A stretch of DNA of 64,000 bases. Source: Pedobacter sp. (lineage in GTDB: Bacteria > Desulfobacterota > Desulfuromonadia > Desulfuromonadales > Syntrophotaleaceae). The notes beneath the pieces are model-generated. The model was not told the DNA's origin. It did no database searches and saw only the letters and a program-made list of their open reading frames with translations. Shown piece after piece: positions 1-11,138 of the stretch. The stretch lies in the NCBI GenBank assembly GCA_050253415.1, contig JBFWJC010000004.1, forward strand, positions 96,001 to 160,000, read 5' to 3'. Within the stretch, counting starts at the first letter, position 1. The number at the start of each line of letters is the position of its first letter. The position numbers and the translations under genes were made by a program.

Positions 1-270
1 GATCTTTTTTTCCACTGCCATGCGGCTGTCGATATATTTGGCCAGAGCCTCGAATTGCACAGGGCGACGGATCGCCTCTATTTTCTTCATGTGAAACTGG
101 CGGGCTAAAATACGCAGGATATCCTTGTCACAGATAATCCCCAACTGTTCAAAAATTTGGCCCAGAGGCTGTTGGGTGATTTTCTGTCGCGCCAAACCCC
201 GGTTCAGGTCAGACTCAGTAATGACCCCCATCTCAAGCAAAATCTCGCCAAACCTTAAGCGTTTTTTCAT
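1..270 (-). CDS. MshEN-domain (c-di-GMP-binding) protein, N-terminal part only; runs off window edge
   Basis: Not in the ORF track. Manual translation from ATG at 270 gives MKKRLRFGEILLEMGVITESDLNRGLARQKITQQPLGQIFEQLGIICDKDILRILARQF..., two tandem RLGxxLxxxGxxxxxxLxxxLxxQ-like motifs. AAGGA RBS upstream; open to position 1. Confidence 0.8.
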   Translation of the reverse strand, partial: MKKRLRFGEILLEMGVITESDLNRGLARQKITQQPLGQIFEQLGIICDKDILRILARQFHMKKIEAIRRPVQFEALAKYIDSRMAVEKKI

Positions 271-338
271 AATAAAAACATCCTTTTGCGGCACATACTT
301 GACATCTTTACTAAGGATCCGCCTCCGATATCGGAATA

Positions 339-354
339 TGCAAATTTTGCTCCA
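339..354 (-). promoter_or_regulatory. Putative sigma54 (-24/-12) promoter for the MshEN gene
   Basis: Minus strand reads TGGAGCAAAATTTGCA = GG-N10-GC with TTGC at -12, about 70 nt upstream of the ATG. Confidence 0.4.
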
Positions 355-763
355 CTTTGACCACTGCTATAAGTCAAAGCATGATGGCGGAGGAAGATCA
401 GGCCATCGAATCTTCCCTTCTTTCATCCAGAAGGACTGCCGTGTCAATAAATGGCACCCCATTCACAAAATCCGCTGTCTAAAGGGTCCGAAACCAACCC
501 CAACTATCTTCGTCAAAGGGCGAGATACCGATAAAAAACGCTGCATTCGCCAACGGAGCGTTATTGACCTCATAGCCTTTTCTGCACGACCGTCGCAACC
601 ACCTCGGTGAACACCCTGTATTTGGCCATTTCATCGCATTGGCCGTCCACACTATTATCAGTGGTCACTTTCACCGGGACCTAGACGCCTGCCACTTTGG
701 ACTTGACCTGGCCAGAATCTTAAAGTTGCAATAAAAACCATCCGGAACAACCCGGGTTAAAAC

Positions 764-793
764 TTGAAAATGGCCTCTTTTCCATGCTAGTTT
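764..793 (+). promoter_or_regulatory. Possible sigma70 promoter for gatCAB
   Basis: TTGAAA-18 nt-TAGTTT with TG extended -10, upstream of the GGAGG RBS. Confidence 0.3.
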
Positions 794-837
794 GACGGTT
801 TGTGAAAAAGCGACACCATTTATACGGAGGTTGACCG

Positions 838-1125
838 ATGAAGATAAACAGGGAACAGGTTGAGCATGTTGCGCGTCTGGCGCGTTTGGCTCTGTCAGAT
901 ACGGAACTGGATACCCTGACAGTCGATATGGATGCCATACTCGGCTATGTCGAAAAACTTAACGAGCTGGATACCGACCACATCATCCCCACGGCGCACG
1001 CCGTGCCGGTGGAAAATGCCTTTCGCGAAGATGTCATTGGAACGTCCATCGGTACGGATAAAGCCCTGCAGAACGCTCCGGAAGCGTCTGACAGCTGTTT
1101 TGTCGTTCCGAAAGTCATCGAATAA
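838..1125 (+). CDS. gatC: Asp/Glu-tRNA amidotransferase subunit C
   Basis: VEHVARLARL...ILGYVEKLNELDT...FVVPKVIE; 95 aa; GGAGG RBS; precedes gatA. Confidence 0.96.
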   Translation: MKINREQVEHVARLARLALSDTELDTLTVDMDAILGYVEKLNELDTDHIIPTAHAVPVENAFREDVIGTSIGTDKALQNAPEASDSCFVVPKVIE

Positions 1126-1221
1126 ATTCCGATCAGGTGACCAGACCAAGCCAGGAAAACTGACGCATGCCCCTGTCTTTTGGCATCGTCTGAACACCTT
1201 GTAAAGTTACAGGAGAGCACC

Positions 1222-2679
1222 ATGGCATTAACGGATTTGACTATTCACGAATTACAGACGCTGCTGAAAAACCGGGAAACCTCTTCCCGGGAGCTTACGC
1301 AGGCTTTTCTGACGCGTATTGCCGAAACCGACAAACATATCGGCGCCTTTATCACCACCTGCGAAGAAGAGGCCCTCAAGGATGCCGATGCGGCCGATGC
1401 GCGCTTGTCCGCAGGGGAAGCCGATGCTCTGACGGGGATCCCCCTGGCGCTTAAGGATATTTTTATCACCCAGGGGATCCGCACCACCTGCGCCTCGAAG
1501 ATCCTCAATAACTTCGTTCCGCCTTATGACGGCACCGCCGTGAGCAAATTAAAGGCGCAGGGCGCCGTGTTGCTCGGCAAGCTGAACATGGACGAATTCG
1601 CCATGGGCAGTTCCAACGAAAACAGCGCTTTCGGGCCGGTCAAAAACCCCTGGAACCGCGACTGCGTACCCGGCGGCTCTTCGGGCGGTTCGGCGGCCTG
1701 CGTAGCGGCGCGCCAGGCGGTAGCCACCCTCGGCACCGACACCGGCGGATCGATCCGGCAGCCGGCCTCCCACTGCGGTGTGGTCGGACTTAAACCGACC
1801 TACGGCCGCGTATCGCGCTACGGCGTAATCGCCTATGCATCCTCCCTCGACCAGGTCGGTCCGCTGACCCGTGACGTGGAGGACTGCGCCATCATGCTCG
1901 GCGCCACCGCCGGCTACGATCCTGCCGATTCGACCTCCATAAACCTGCCGGTGCCCGACTATCAGGCGAGCCTTAAACAAGGGATCAAAGGCCTCAGGAT
2001 CGGATTGCCCAAAGAGTACTTTATCAAAGGACTCGATCCCGACATCCAGCAGGCCATCGACACCGCCATCGCCACCTTGCGTGACCTCGGTGCCGAACCG
2101 GTTGAGGTTTCCCTGCCTCACACCGAATACGCCGTGGCCTGCTACTACCTCATCGCCACCGCCGAAGCTTCCAGCAATCTGGCCCGCTACGACGGAGTAC
2201 GCTTCGGCCAGCGGGTGGATCAGGGCCGCGGGCTCATCGACATGTACAATCAAAGCCGTGCTGCGGGGTTCGGTCCCGAAGTCAAGCGGCGCATCATGCT
2301 CGGCACCTATGCGTTGTCGTCGGGTTACTACGACGCCTATTACCTCAAAGCCCAGAAGGTGCGCACCCTGATCCGTCAGGACTTCCTCGATGCCTTCAAT
2401 CAGGTCGATGCCATTGTAACCCCGATAGCGCCGACGCCGGCATTCCGCATCGCGGAAAAAACCGCCGACCCGCTACAGATGTACCTGTCGGACATTTTCA
2501 CCATTCCGGTCAATCTTGCCGGCACCTGCGGCATGAGCGTGCCCTGCGGTTTTTCCCGGGACGGTTTGCCCATCGGCATGCAACTGATCGGAAAGCCTTT
2601 CGGCGAAGAAACGATTCTGAAGGCTGCTTACGCTTATGAGCAGGCTACCGACTGGCACCGCCATAGCGCACCACTGTAG
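1222..2679 (+). CDS. gatA: Asp/Glu-tRNA amidotransferase subunit A
   Basis: Amidase signature [34 protein letters not shown] at 1222 after AGGAG. Confidence 0.97.
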   Translation: MALTDLTIHELQTLLKNRETSSRELTQAFLTRIAETDKHIGAFITTCEEEALKDADAADARLSAGEADALTGIPLALKDIFITQGIRTTCASKILNNFVPPYDGTAVSKLKAQGAVLLGKLNMDEFAMGSSNENSAFGPVKNPWNRDCVPGGSSGGSAACVAARQAVATLGTDTGGSIRQPASHCGVVGLKPTYGRVSRYGVIAYASSLDQVGPLTRDVEDCAIMLGATAGYDPADSTSINLPVPDYQASLKQGIKGLRIGLPKEYFIKGLDPDIQQAIDTAIATLRDLGAEPVEVSLPHTEYAVACYYLIATAEASSNLARYDGVRFGQRVDQGRGLIDMYNQSRAAGFGPEVKRRIMLGTYALSSGYYDAYYLKAQKVRTLIRQDFLDAFNQVDAIVTPIAPTPAFRIAEKTADPLQMYLSDIFTIPVNLAGTCGMSVPCGFSRDGLPIGMQLIGKPFGEETILKAAYAYEQATDWHRHSAPL

Positions 2680-2793
2680 CCATGCGTATCCCGGGCAAAA
2701 GCTGAAGAAAACCTGCCCCGGACATAGACAGGAATCGAATACGATACCCATGCAGGCGCGAGACAGGAACCCTGCATTCGGAAGGAATCGACA

Positions 2794-4230
2794 ATGACCT
2801 CGCGATATGAAGTTGTTATAGGACTGGAAGTTCACGTCCAGCTCACCACGAATACCAAAATCTTCTGTAATTGTTCCACCGCCTTCGGCAGCCAGCCCAA
2901 CAGCCAGACCTGCCCGGTCTGCCTTGGCCTGCCCGGTGCCTTGCCGGTACTCAACCGCAAGGTCGTGGAGTACGGCATCAAGACCGGCCTGGCCACCAAC
3001 TGCAGCATAGCGCCGCGTTCGATCTTTGCACGTAAGAACTACTTCTACCCCGACCTGCCAAAAGGCTACCAGATTTCCCAACTGGAACTGCCGATCTGTG
3101 AGCACGGCCGGCTCGATATCGAGGTCGACGGCAAAAGCAAATCGATCGGTATCACCCGCATCCACATGGAAGAAGATGCCGGCAAACTGTTACACGACAG
3201 TAGCGACAGTTCGCGGGTCGACCTCAACCGTGCCTGCACGCCCCTGTTGGAGGTTGTTTCCGAACCGGACATGCGCTCCTCCGACGAAGCCATCGCCTAT
3301 CTGAAGAAGCTGCATCAGATTGTGGTTTATCTCGGGGTCTGCGACGGCAACCTGGAGGAAGGCTCCTTCCGTTGCGACGCCAACGTGTCGATCCGCCCCT
3401 GGGGGCAGAAGGAATTCGGCACCCGTGCCGAACTTAAAAACATCAACTCCTTCCGTTTTATCAAGCAGGCCATCGAGTACGAAATCGAACGCCAGGCCGA
3501 CATTCTGGACGAGGGTGGTAAGGTGATCCAGGAAACCCGCCTGTTCGACACCGCCAGCGGCACCTCCCGCTCCATGCGCGGCAAGGAAGAGGCCCACGAC
3601 TACCGGTACTTCCCGGATCCCGATCTGGTCCCCTTGATCGTATCCGATGACTGGATCGAACAGTTGCGTCGCGAACTTCCCGAACTGCCGGAAGCCAAGA
3701 TCGCCCGTTTTGTCAACGAACTGGGTATCAGTCAATACGACGCCGAAGTGCTGGCCGCCGACCGGGCCATGGCCGAATACTACGACAGCCTGGTTGCCCT
3801 GCACGGCAACGCCAAGCTGTGCGCCAACTGGGTCATGGGCGAACTACAGCGCGCGCTCAACGACAGCGGCATTGCCATTACCGACTGTCCGGTAACCCCG
3901 CCGATGCTGGGTGCGCTGCTCAAACGCATTGACGACAACACTATTTCCAACAAGATCGCCAAGACGGTGTTCGACGCCATGTGGCAAAGCGGTAAAGACG
4001 CCGATGCCATCATCGAGGAACAAGGACTCAAACAGGTCAGTGATACCGGTGCCATCGAAGCAGCCATCGACGAAGTCATGGCCGCCAACCCCGGTCAGGT
4101 GGAAGAGTACCGTGGCGGCAAGGACAAGCTGATGGGCTTTTTCGTCGGACAGGTCATGCGTGCCACCAAGGGCAAAGCCAACCCCCAGACCCTCAATGAT
4201 CTGTTGAAGAAAAAACTGGCCGGGGAATAA
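2794..4230 (+). CDS. gatB: Asp/Glu-tRNA amidotransferase subunit B
   Basis: [45 protein letters not shown]-terminal YqeY-like domain. Confidence 0.97.
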   Translation: MTSRYEVVIGLEVHVQLTTNTKIFCNCSTAFGSQPNSQTCPVCLGLPGALPVLNRKVVEYGIKTGLATNCSIAPRSIFARKNYFYPDLPKGYQISQLELPICEHGRLDIEVDGKSKSIGITRIHMEEDAGKLLHDSSDSSRVDLNRACTPLLEVVSEPDMRSSDEAIAYLKKLHQIVVYLGVCDGNLEEGSFRCDANVSIRPWGQKEFGTRAELKNINSFRFIKQAIEYEIERQADILDEGGKVIQETRLFDTASGTSRSMRGKEEAHDYRYFPDPDLVPLIVSDDWIEQLRRELPELPEAKIARFVNELGISQYDAEVLAADRAMAEYYDSLVALHGNAKLCANWVMGELQRALNDSGIAITDCPVTPPMLGALLKRIDDNTISNKIAKTVFDAMWQSGKDADAIIEEQGLKQVSDTGAIEAAIDEVMAANPGQVEEYRGGKDKLMGFFVGQVMRATKGKANPQTLNDLLKKKLAGE

Positions 4231-4369
4231 TCCGCACCGGGTGCAGCCCAAGGGGTAGAAAAATTTGCAGCAAATATTCCCTTGTCAGCCGGGCACAATC
4301 CTATATCGTTGAATAAGTGCGGGGTAGAGACCGGATCACTAACCACCCCGTTTGATGGAGAAATCAAGT

Positions 4370-5413
<1,044 letters not shown>

Positions 5414-5416
5414 GCC

Positions 5417-8400
5417 ATGCCCGAGCAGAACCTGACGGCCCAACTGGAGAACCTGTGCAAGCAAGGTGACGAGAAAGCCCTGGCCCATCTTGCCGCCGAA
5501 CTGGGATTTGCCCAGAGTTCCAAAAGCGCCGCCAACCTTCTGCTCCTCTACCCCTGGGCCGGCAGTGCCACCAACCTGGCGTATCTCGCGCAACAGGCTT
5601 TGGGCACTGCCGACCCCGATCAGGCCCTGAACGGACTGGAACGTCTGGCGGGGATGCTGTCCCCCGATGATCGACAGGCTCTGTTTCTGTCGACGGAAGG
5701 CTGCCGATCACTGCTTATCGTGTTGGGGGCCTCAACCTTCCTGACCAACATCCTGTGCCGCCGCCCCGCCCTGTGCCGTCCGCTGTTCGTCGATGGCGGA
5801 CTGCTGCGAAACAAACATACCGACTGCATGCTTGACGACCTGCATCGGCTGCCTGTCTCCCCAAAAAACTTCCCCGAACTGCAAAAAGAATTGCGCCTCT
5901 ACAAGCAGCAGGAAATTCTGCGCATCGCCGGGCGTGACCTTGGAGGCCTGGCCCCGCTGGAAGAAGTCACTGCCGAGCTGTCCGACCTGGCCGCCGCCTG
6001 CCTGCAGCGCGCGTTTGAGGTCTGCTCCGAATTGCTGCAGGCCGATCATGGCCTGCCATTGATTACGGACGCAGAGGGGCAACCAGGAAGCATGGCGGAG
6101 TTCGTGGTACTGGCCATGGGCAAGTTCGGCGGCCGGGAACTTAATTTCTCCTCCGATATCGATCTGATTTACTGCTACTCCAATGACGAAGGGCATACCT
6201 CAGGGACCCCTGACGGTAACGGTGGCGTCAAAAACCGCCTGTTGCTGCATCAGTATTTTGTCAAACTGGCCGAATTGGTGACGCGCGCCCTTGGACAGCG
6301 CACCGAGGAGGGGGTGGTGTTCCGGGTCGATCTCAACCTGCGCCCGGAAGGCAAAAGCGGCGAAGTAGTCAACTCCTTGCGCAGCACCGAGGCCTATTAC
6401 GAACACTGGGGGCAAAGCTGGGAACGCTGCGCCATGCTCAAGGCGCGGCCGGTGGCCGGTTGCCTGAAGCTGGGCGAGGAACTCCTGAACTACCTCGAGC
6501 CGTTCATTTACCGCCGGTTTCTCGATTACACCATGATCGAGGATCTCAAGCTGATGAAACAGAAAATCGATCGCAATCTGACCCGCGAGCGGGAGGGGGA
6601 ACTCAACCTCAAACTCGGACGCGGCGGTATTCGCGAAATCGAATTTTTCATCCAGGCCTTGCAGCTGATCCATTCCGGAAAGCAACCGGAACTGCGTGAA
6701 AAAAATTCCCTTAAAGCCTTGGCTCTACTGCGCCGTGACGGACTGGTCGACGAAGAGACTTACCATGTTCTATCAGGGGCCTATACTTTTTTGCGAACCA
6801 CCGAACATCGCATCCAGGTTGAACAGGAGCGACAGACCCATAACCTGCCGCGCAACCCCGACGAGCTGCTCCGGCTCGGGCGCAGTTGCGGGTTCAGCGA
6901 CAAGGAATCTTTCATCGCCGCTCTTGAAGGACACCGCCAGGGGGTGGAAGCTGTCTACCATGATCTGTTCTACACCGGTGAAGAAGAAGCCGGCGCCGAA
7001 GTCAGCCGCGAAGTGCGGGCGTTGCTCGATCCGGCCCTCGATGCGGATCTGGCCAAAGATATCCTGGAGGAAAAAGGCTTTGGCAACCCGGATGCCGCCT
7101 ACGACAACCTGTTAACTCTACGGGACGGTCCGAGTCATGTGCGGCTGTCTCCCATGGGGCATAGGCATCTGGAACGCATCGCCCCCCTACTGTTGCAGGA
7201 GGTGCTCGATTCACCCGAACCGGACATGGCGCTGGACAACCTGGAACGCTTTTTAGCCGGTCTGCATGCCCGGGCCACCTTCTACGCACTGCTGGCCGAA
7301 AACCTGCAAATCCCCAAATTGCTCATCTCCCTGTTCGGCACCAGCCAGTTTCTGTCGCGCAACCTCATTCAACATCCCGAGATCCTCGATATGCTGGTCG
7401 CGCGGGCCCACGCGGTAGAACGCAAGGACAGCGCGACCATGAAACAGGACCTGGAGCGCCTGCTGCATCTGGCCCCCGACTACGAAGGACGGCTCGATGC
7501 CTTGCGCCGGTTTCGCAACGAGGAATTCCTGCGCATCGCCCTGAATGACCTGTACGGAAAAATGCCGCCCCAGGAAGGCCCACGCCAACTGACCCAACTG
7601 GCGGAGGTCTGCCTCAACAAAGCGGTCGCCATCGCCCGGCAGGAGCTGCTGCCGCGTTTCGGCCTGCCGGTATACCAGGAAGAGGACGGCACAGTCCGAG
7701 AAGCGGACTTCGTTATCGTCGGCATGGGCAAACTGGGGGGCAAGGAGCTTACCTACCACTCCGATCTGGACATCATCTTTATCTTTGAGGGGGAGGGATA
7801 TACCACCACTGCACCGGAAAGTGACCCCAAACGCTTCCGCCAGCGCAGCCTCCAGGAGTATTTTACGCATCTGGCCCAGCGTATCATCTCCATCCTGAGC
7901 CTGATTACCCGCGAGGGGTACGTCTACCGTCTCGACACCCGGTTGCGGCCCTCGGGCCACCAGGGTCCGCTGGTCACCAGCCTGGCATCCTTCCGTGCCT
8001 ACCACAAATCATCGGCGCAACTCTGGGAACGCCAATCCCTGATCAAGGCAAGGGTCGTGACCGGCCCGGGCACGCTGGCCGACCGCATCACCGCCTATAC
8101 CCGCGACATCGTCTACCATCGCCCCCTGCCCGCTGAACACAGACAGGAAATCTATCAGCTGCGCCAGCGCATGGAGCAGGAACTCGCCAAGGAGGATGGC
8201 GGACGACGCGACATCAAGACCGGTCGCGGCGGACTGGTTGATGTTGAATTCCTCGTCCAATACCTGCAGCTGCTGCATGGCGGAAGCCTCCCCCCTCTAC
8301 AGGTTCATAACACGCTGGAGGCACTCAAGGCGCTGCGACACGAAACGGTGCTGAGCAAAACCGACTATCGCCTGCTGGCCAGCGGCTACCAGTTTTTACG

Positions 8401-8605
8401 GCGCCTGGAAAACCGCCTGCGCCTGGTCCATGACCAGTCTATCAATTCCTTTTCCGGCGACACGGCCACATTGGCGAAGCTGGCCCGACGCCTTGGCTAC
8501 CAACAGGATCAAGCCGACCAGCGATTGATGACCGATTACCACAACGCCACAGAAAACATACGCGCTATTTTCGACCGTTATCTTGCTCCGGAAAAGTCGA
8601 TTTAA
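5417..8605 (+). CDS. glnE: Bifunctional glutamine synthetase adenylyltransferase/adenylyl-removing enzyme
   Basis: Two nucleotidyltransferase halves (MGKFGGRELNFSSDIDL; MGKLGGKELTYHSDLDI), KLGRGGIREIEF and KTGRGGLVDVEF; 1062 aa. Confidence 0.95.
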   Translation: MPEQNLTAQLENLCKQGDEKALAHLAAELGFAQSSKSAANLLLLYPWAGSATNLAYLAQQALGTADPDQALNGLERLAGMLSPDDRQALFLSTEGCRSLLIVLGASTFLTNILCRRPALCRPLFVDGGLLRNKHTDCMLDDLHRLPVSPKNFPELQKELRLYKQQEILRIAGRDLGGLAPLEEVTAELSDLAAACLQRAFEVCSELLQADHGLPLITDAEGQPGSMAEFVVLAMGKFGGRELNFSSDIDLIYCYSNDEGHTSGTPDGNGGVKNRLLLHQYFVKLAELVTRALGQRTEEGVVFRVDLNLRPEGKSGEVVNSLRSTEAYYEHWGQSWERCAMLKARPVAGCLKLGEELLNYLEPFIYRRFLDYTMIEDLKLMKQKIDRNLTREREGELNLKLGRGGIREIEFFIQALQLIHSGKQPELREKNSLKALALLRRDGLVDEETYHVLSGAYTFLRTTEHRIQVEQERQTHNLPRNPDELLRLGRSCGFSDKESFIAALEGHRQGVEAVYHDLFYTGEEEAGAEVSREVRALLDPALDADLAKDILEEKGFGNPDAAYDNLLTLRDGPSHVRLSPMGHRHLERIAPLLLQEVLDSPEPDMALDNLERFLAGLHARATFYALLAENLQIPKLLISLFGTSQFLSRNLIQHPEILDMLVARAHAVERKDSATMKQDLERLLHLAPDYEGRLDALRRFRNEEFLRIALNDLYGKMPPQEGPRQLTQLAEVCLNKAVAIARQELLPRFGLPVYQEEDGTVREADFVIVGMGKLGGKELTYHSDLDIIFIFEGEGYTTTAPESDPKRFRQRSLQEYFTHLAQRIISILSLITREGYVYRLDTRLRPSGHQGPLVTSLASFRAYHKSSAQLWERQSLIKARVVTGPGTLADRITAYTRDIVYHRPLPAEHRQEIYQLRQRMEQELAKEDGGRRDIKTGRGGLVDVEFLVQYLQLLHGGSLPPLQVHNTLEALKALRHETVLSKTDYRLLASGYQFLRRLENRLRLVHDQSINSFSGDTATLAKLARRLGYQQDQADQRLMTDYHNATENIRAIFDRYLAPEKSI

Positions 8606-8687
8606 CGGATAAGACCGCATCGACTCCGACTTGCACTTCGCCTTTTCGGTGTTTTAATGGAGAGGTGACATTCGGCAAGGAGGAATC

Positions 8688-9539
8688 ATGATCCGGTGGT
8701 ACTTTTTCCTGTGGATGGCCCTGGTACTGCTGCCCGGCCCGGTCTTGGCCGCGGCTCCCGATATGACTGGCATATTCCCAGCCGTTGCGACCCCCGGCAG
8801 CACCGTGACCATTATCGGCGGCCCTTTCGAGCAGCAAGTCCAAGTCGTTTTCGGAGACCGGACTTTGCGTCCGGCAGGCATAGCGGAAAAGCAATTAACC
8901 TTTGTTGTACCGCAACTTGCCGAAGGGGATTACCTGCTTTTTTTGCAGGCAGGGGAGCAACACTCGGAACGCAGTCTCTTCTTTCGGGTCGTTCTTCCCG
9001 CCCCGAGCATAACCAGCCTGACTCCGTCAAAAATTGAAGCCTGTACGACCGGCGAGCAGCGCCAGGTGGTGCTGCAGGGACGCGACCTGCACCGCGGCGT
9101 TCAGGTACTGCTGGACGGTGTGGCCCTGGCGGCAGGCCAAAGCGGCAACACCCTGACCTTCACCCTTCCCGAGATGACGCCTGGCTTGCATCAGGTCCAG
9201 GTGATCAACCCCGACGGCAAACGCTCCGTTCCCGTCAGTCTGCTTGTCGATGCCCTGCCGGAAATACAAAGTGTTTCCCGGGGAGAGGAAAACGTCAACT
9301 ATTACGAACTGCTTGTCTCCGGCAAAAATTTTTCCTACAACTCCACCCTGGTGGTCAACGGCCGCCCGATAACACCCTTTTATCCGGGTTCTTTACAGGT
9401 TGACAGCATCACTTTCCGCAACTGCAAAACCCTCATATACAAACGCTATCCGGCCAGCAGCCAACCGACCCAAATCAACCTGCAAATCATCAACCCCGAT
9501 GGCAAGGAAAGCGCCGTTTACACGCTTAGCGCACCTTGA
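8688..9539 (+). CDS. Exported IPT/TIG (Ig-like) repeat protein
   Basis: Signal peptide, then about three beta-rich repeats (PGSTVTIIG, PSITSLTPS, VINPDGK.S twice); AGGAGG RBS. Confidence 0.7.
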   Translation: MIRWYFFLWMALVLLPGPVLAAAPDMTGIFPAVATPGSTVTIIGGPFEQQVQVVFGDRTLRPAGIAEKQLTFVVPQLAEGDYLLFLQAGEQHSERSLFFRVVLPAPSITSLTPSKIEACTTGEQRQVVLQGRDLHRGVQVLLDGVALAAGQSGNTLTFTLPEMTPGLHQVQVINPDGKRSVPVSLLVDALPEIQSVSRGEENVNYYELLVSGKNFSYNSTLVVNGRPITPFYPGSLQVDSITFRNCKTLIYKRYPASSQPTQINLQIINPDGKESAVYTLSAP

Positions 9540-9604
9540 ATTCACCAAGATCCTCGTCAGAGGGCCGGTGCGGTCATTTATGTGCAAAGGCTTGTTTATC
9601 TGGT

Positions 9605-9728
9605 TTTTACCACGAAGGCCACGAAGTGCACGAAGAAGACCTTGAAATACGAAAGATCAGCCATTAATTTTTAGTCAAAGACAAGTTCTTGTTTTTCCTT
9701 CGTGTCCTTCGTGCTCTTCGTGGTGAAA
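9605..9728. repeat. Inverted-repeat element with 9-nt-period tandem arms, copy 1
   Basis: TTTTAC + CACGAAG at 9611/9620/9629; 62-nt AT-rich core; CTTCGTG at 9698/9707/9716 + GTGAAA. Confidence 0.85.
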
Positions 9729-9784
9729 TACGCCTTCCATTCCGTGCAGAACCAAGCAGTCAAACGCAAAGCAAAAAAACCGGT

Positions 9785-10645
9785 CTACTGCAGCTTACGC
9801 ACCTGGTAACCACGCCGACGCAGCATGGCAAGCAGACCGTCTTCGCCGACCAGATGCCCCGCGCCTACCAGGATCAACTCTTTTTGCGGGGTGCGCAGGT
9901 ATTCCTCGATAGCCGGCAACCAAGCTCGGTTACGATCGACAAACAGCATCTTGTAAACCGTCGGGAATTTTTCCCGGACTTCGGTAGAAGTCAAAGCCTC
10001 CAGGGTCGCTTCATCCCCTGTGCGCCAGGCCGCGATTAAACGGTCGAAAACTTCATCAAGTTGTTCCATATCCTCAAGGCAGGATGCCATAAAAGCATCT
10101 TCGTTACCCTGCCCGAGATTCAGGATAAAATCGACCTGCTGCCCGACCGTCTCCAACGCGTCGACGGATTTACCGTCGGAGATTGCCTTTCCATGGAAAA
10201 ACTGATCGACCCCGCCGGCATCCACCCCGCGTTTCTGCAGCTCCAGAGTCAACAAGGTAACGGCCAGAATGGAAGGCTTGAAACGCGTCAGGTTCTCAAA
10301 CGTAATACCGCGACTCTGGCAATAATTTTTAAGCTTGTTATAGGTCCCGGGGGACAGGACGTCGGCAAGGGTTCTGCCATCCTGATAGATGGCTCCGGCC
10401 ATGATCATCTGCTGAACCTCAGGGGTATTCATCTGACCGGGGTCCGCTTCGAATACAACCTCCTGCACGGCATTGTAAGCCCGCCCAAACTCGGCCGGCA
10501 GCGGATAATCCGCAAGCCGCAACACATGGCAGGTCCCTCCCAGATAGGCAAGGGAACCGCCCGACCGAACTTCCCACAAAGAGGTTGCACCCCATACCGA
10601 GCCAGGCAGAACAAGTAAAAGAGCGCATAGAAACATTTTCTTCAT
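9785..10645 (-). CDS. TraB/GumN (Tiki-like) family exported protein
   Basis: Signal peptide, LWEV...YLGGTCH, GVD, LETVGQQ, DRNRAW, LVGAGHLVGEDGLL. Confidence 0.85.
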   Translation of the reverse strand: MKKMFLCALLLVLPGSVWGATSLWEVRSGGSLAYLGGTCHVLRLADYPLPAEFGRAYNAVQEVVFEADPGQMNTPEVQQMIMAGAIYQDGRTLADVLSPGTYNKLKNYCQSRGITFENLTRFKPSILAVTLLTLELQKRGVDAGGVDQFFHGKAISDGKSVDALETVGQQVDFILNLGQGNEDAFMASCLEDMEQLDEVFDRLIAAWRTGDEATLEALTSTEVREKFPTVYKMLFVDRNRAWLPAIEEYLRTPQKELILVGAGHLVGEDGLLAMLRRRGYQVRKLQ

Positions 10646-10707
10646 GACTATCCCCTATCCCCGCGTAACGGTATTCATCGTCCGACAAACTTTTCAGGTC
10701 GGAGCCC

Positions 10708-10917
10708 TCAGACGATCTGTATTTTATGCCCTTCGAATTCCACCAATTGCCCCTGGCGAATTTTACAGCGCTTGCGCAATTCGACCTGACCGTCGACCCG
10801 GACCTGTCCGTCGGCAATCAGGCATTTGGCGATCCCGCCGCTGCCGCACAATCCTGTTACCTTCAACAAACTGGTCAGTTCGATAAATTCGTGACCTTCC
10901 AACGCAAATTCTTCCAT
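10708..10917 (-). CDS. S4-domain RNA-binding protein (YbcJ/YaaA-like)
   Basis: FIELTSLLKVTGLCGSGGIAK..IADGQVRVDGQVELRKRCKIR; about 69 aa. Confidence 0.88.
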   Translation of the reverse strand: MEEFALEGHEFIELTSLLKVTGLCGSGGIAKCLIADGQVRVDGQVELRKRCKIRQGQLVEFEGHKIQIV

Positions 10918-11138
10918 AGAGCGTTTCATCCTCACTGGGTGGTTACCATCCTCAGCCTCCAAAGGAAACTTGGGAAAAAAGAAAGCTATCGTTCACGACA
11001 AAAAAACATTATGTCGCGACAATGCTCGCGGGTCAATCACTGCTATCACTTTGATAAAAAGTAATTTTCTGCATCAATGGCCTTGCCGCCAACAGCTGGC
11101 CTGTGGTACCAATGCAAAACTTTTTCTTGAGAGGCTCC

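Noticed and set aside
125..610. 161-aa plus-strand ORF
   Set aside because: TTG start, overlaps the MshEN gene antisense, and its composition is not protein-like.
2680..2793. Short repeats AGACAGGAA and GGAATCGA in the gatA-gatB spacer
   Set aside because: Only two copies each, too short, and not a good match to CsrA-type sites.
9605..9728. 9-mer and 7-mer repeats as possible CRISPR arrays
   Set aside because: Units are 7-9 nt with no unique spacers, and no cas genes are in the window.
9689..10039. ORF beginning MFFLRVLRALRGE
   Set aside because: Translation of the repeat arm running antisense into the TraB/GumN gene.
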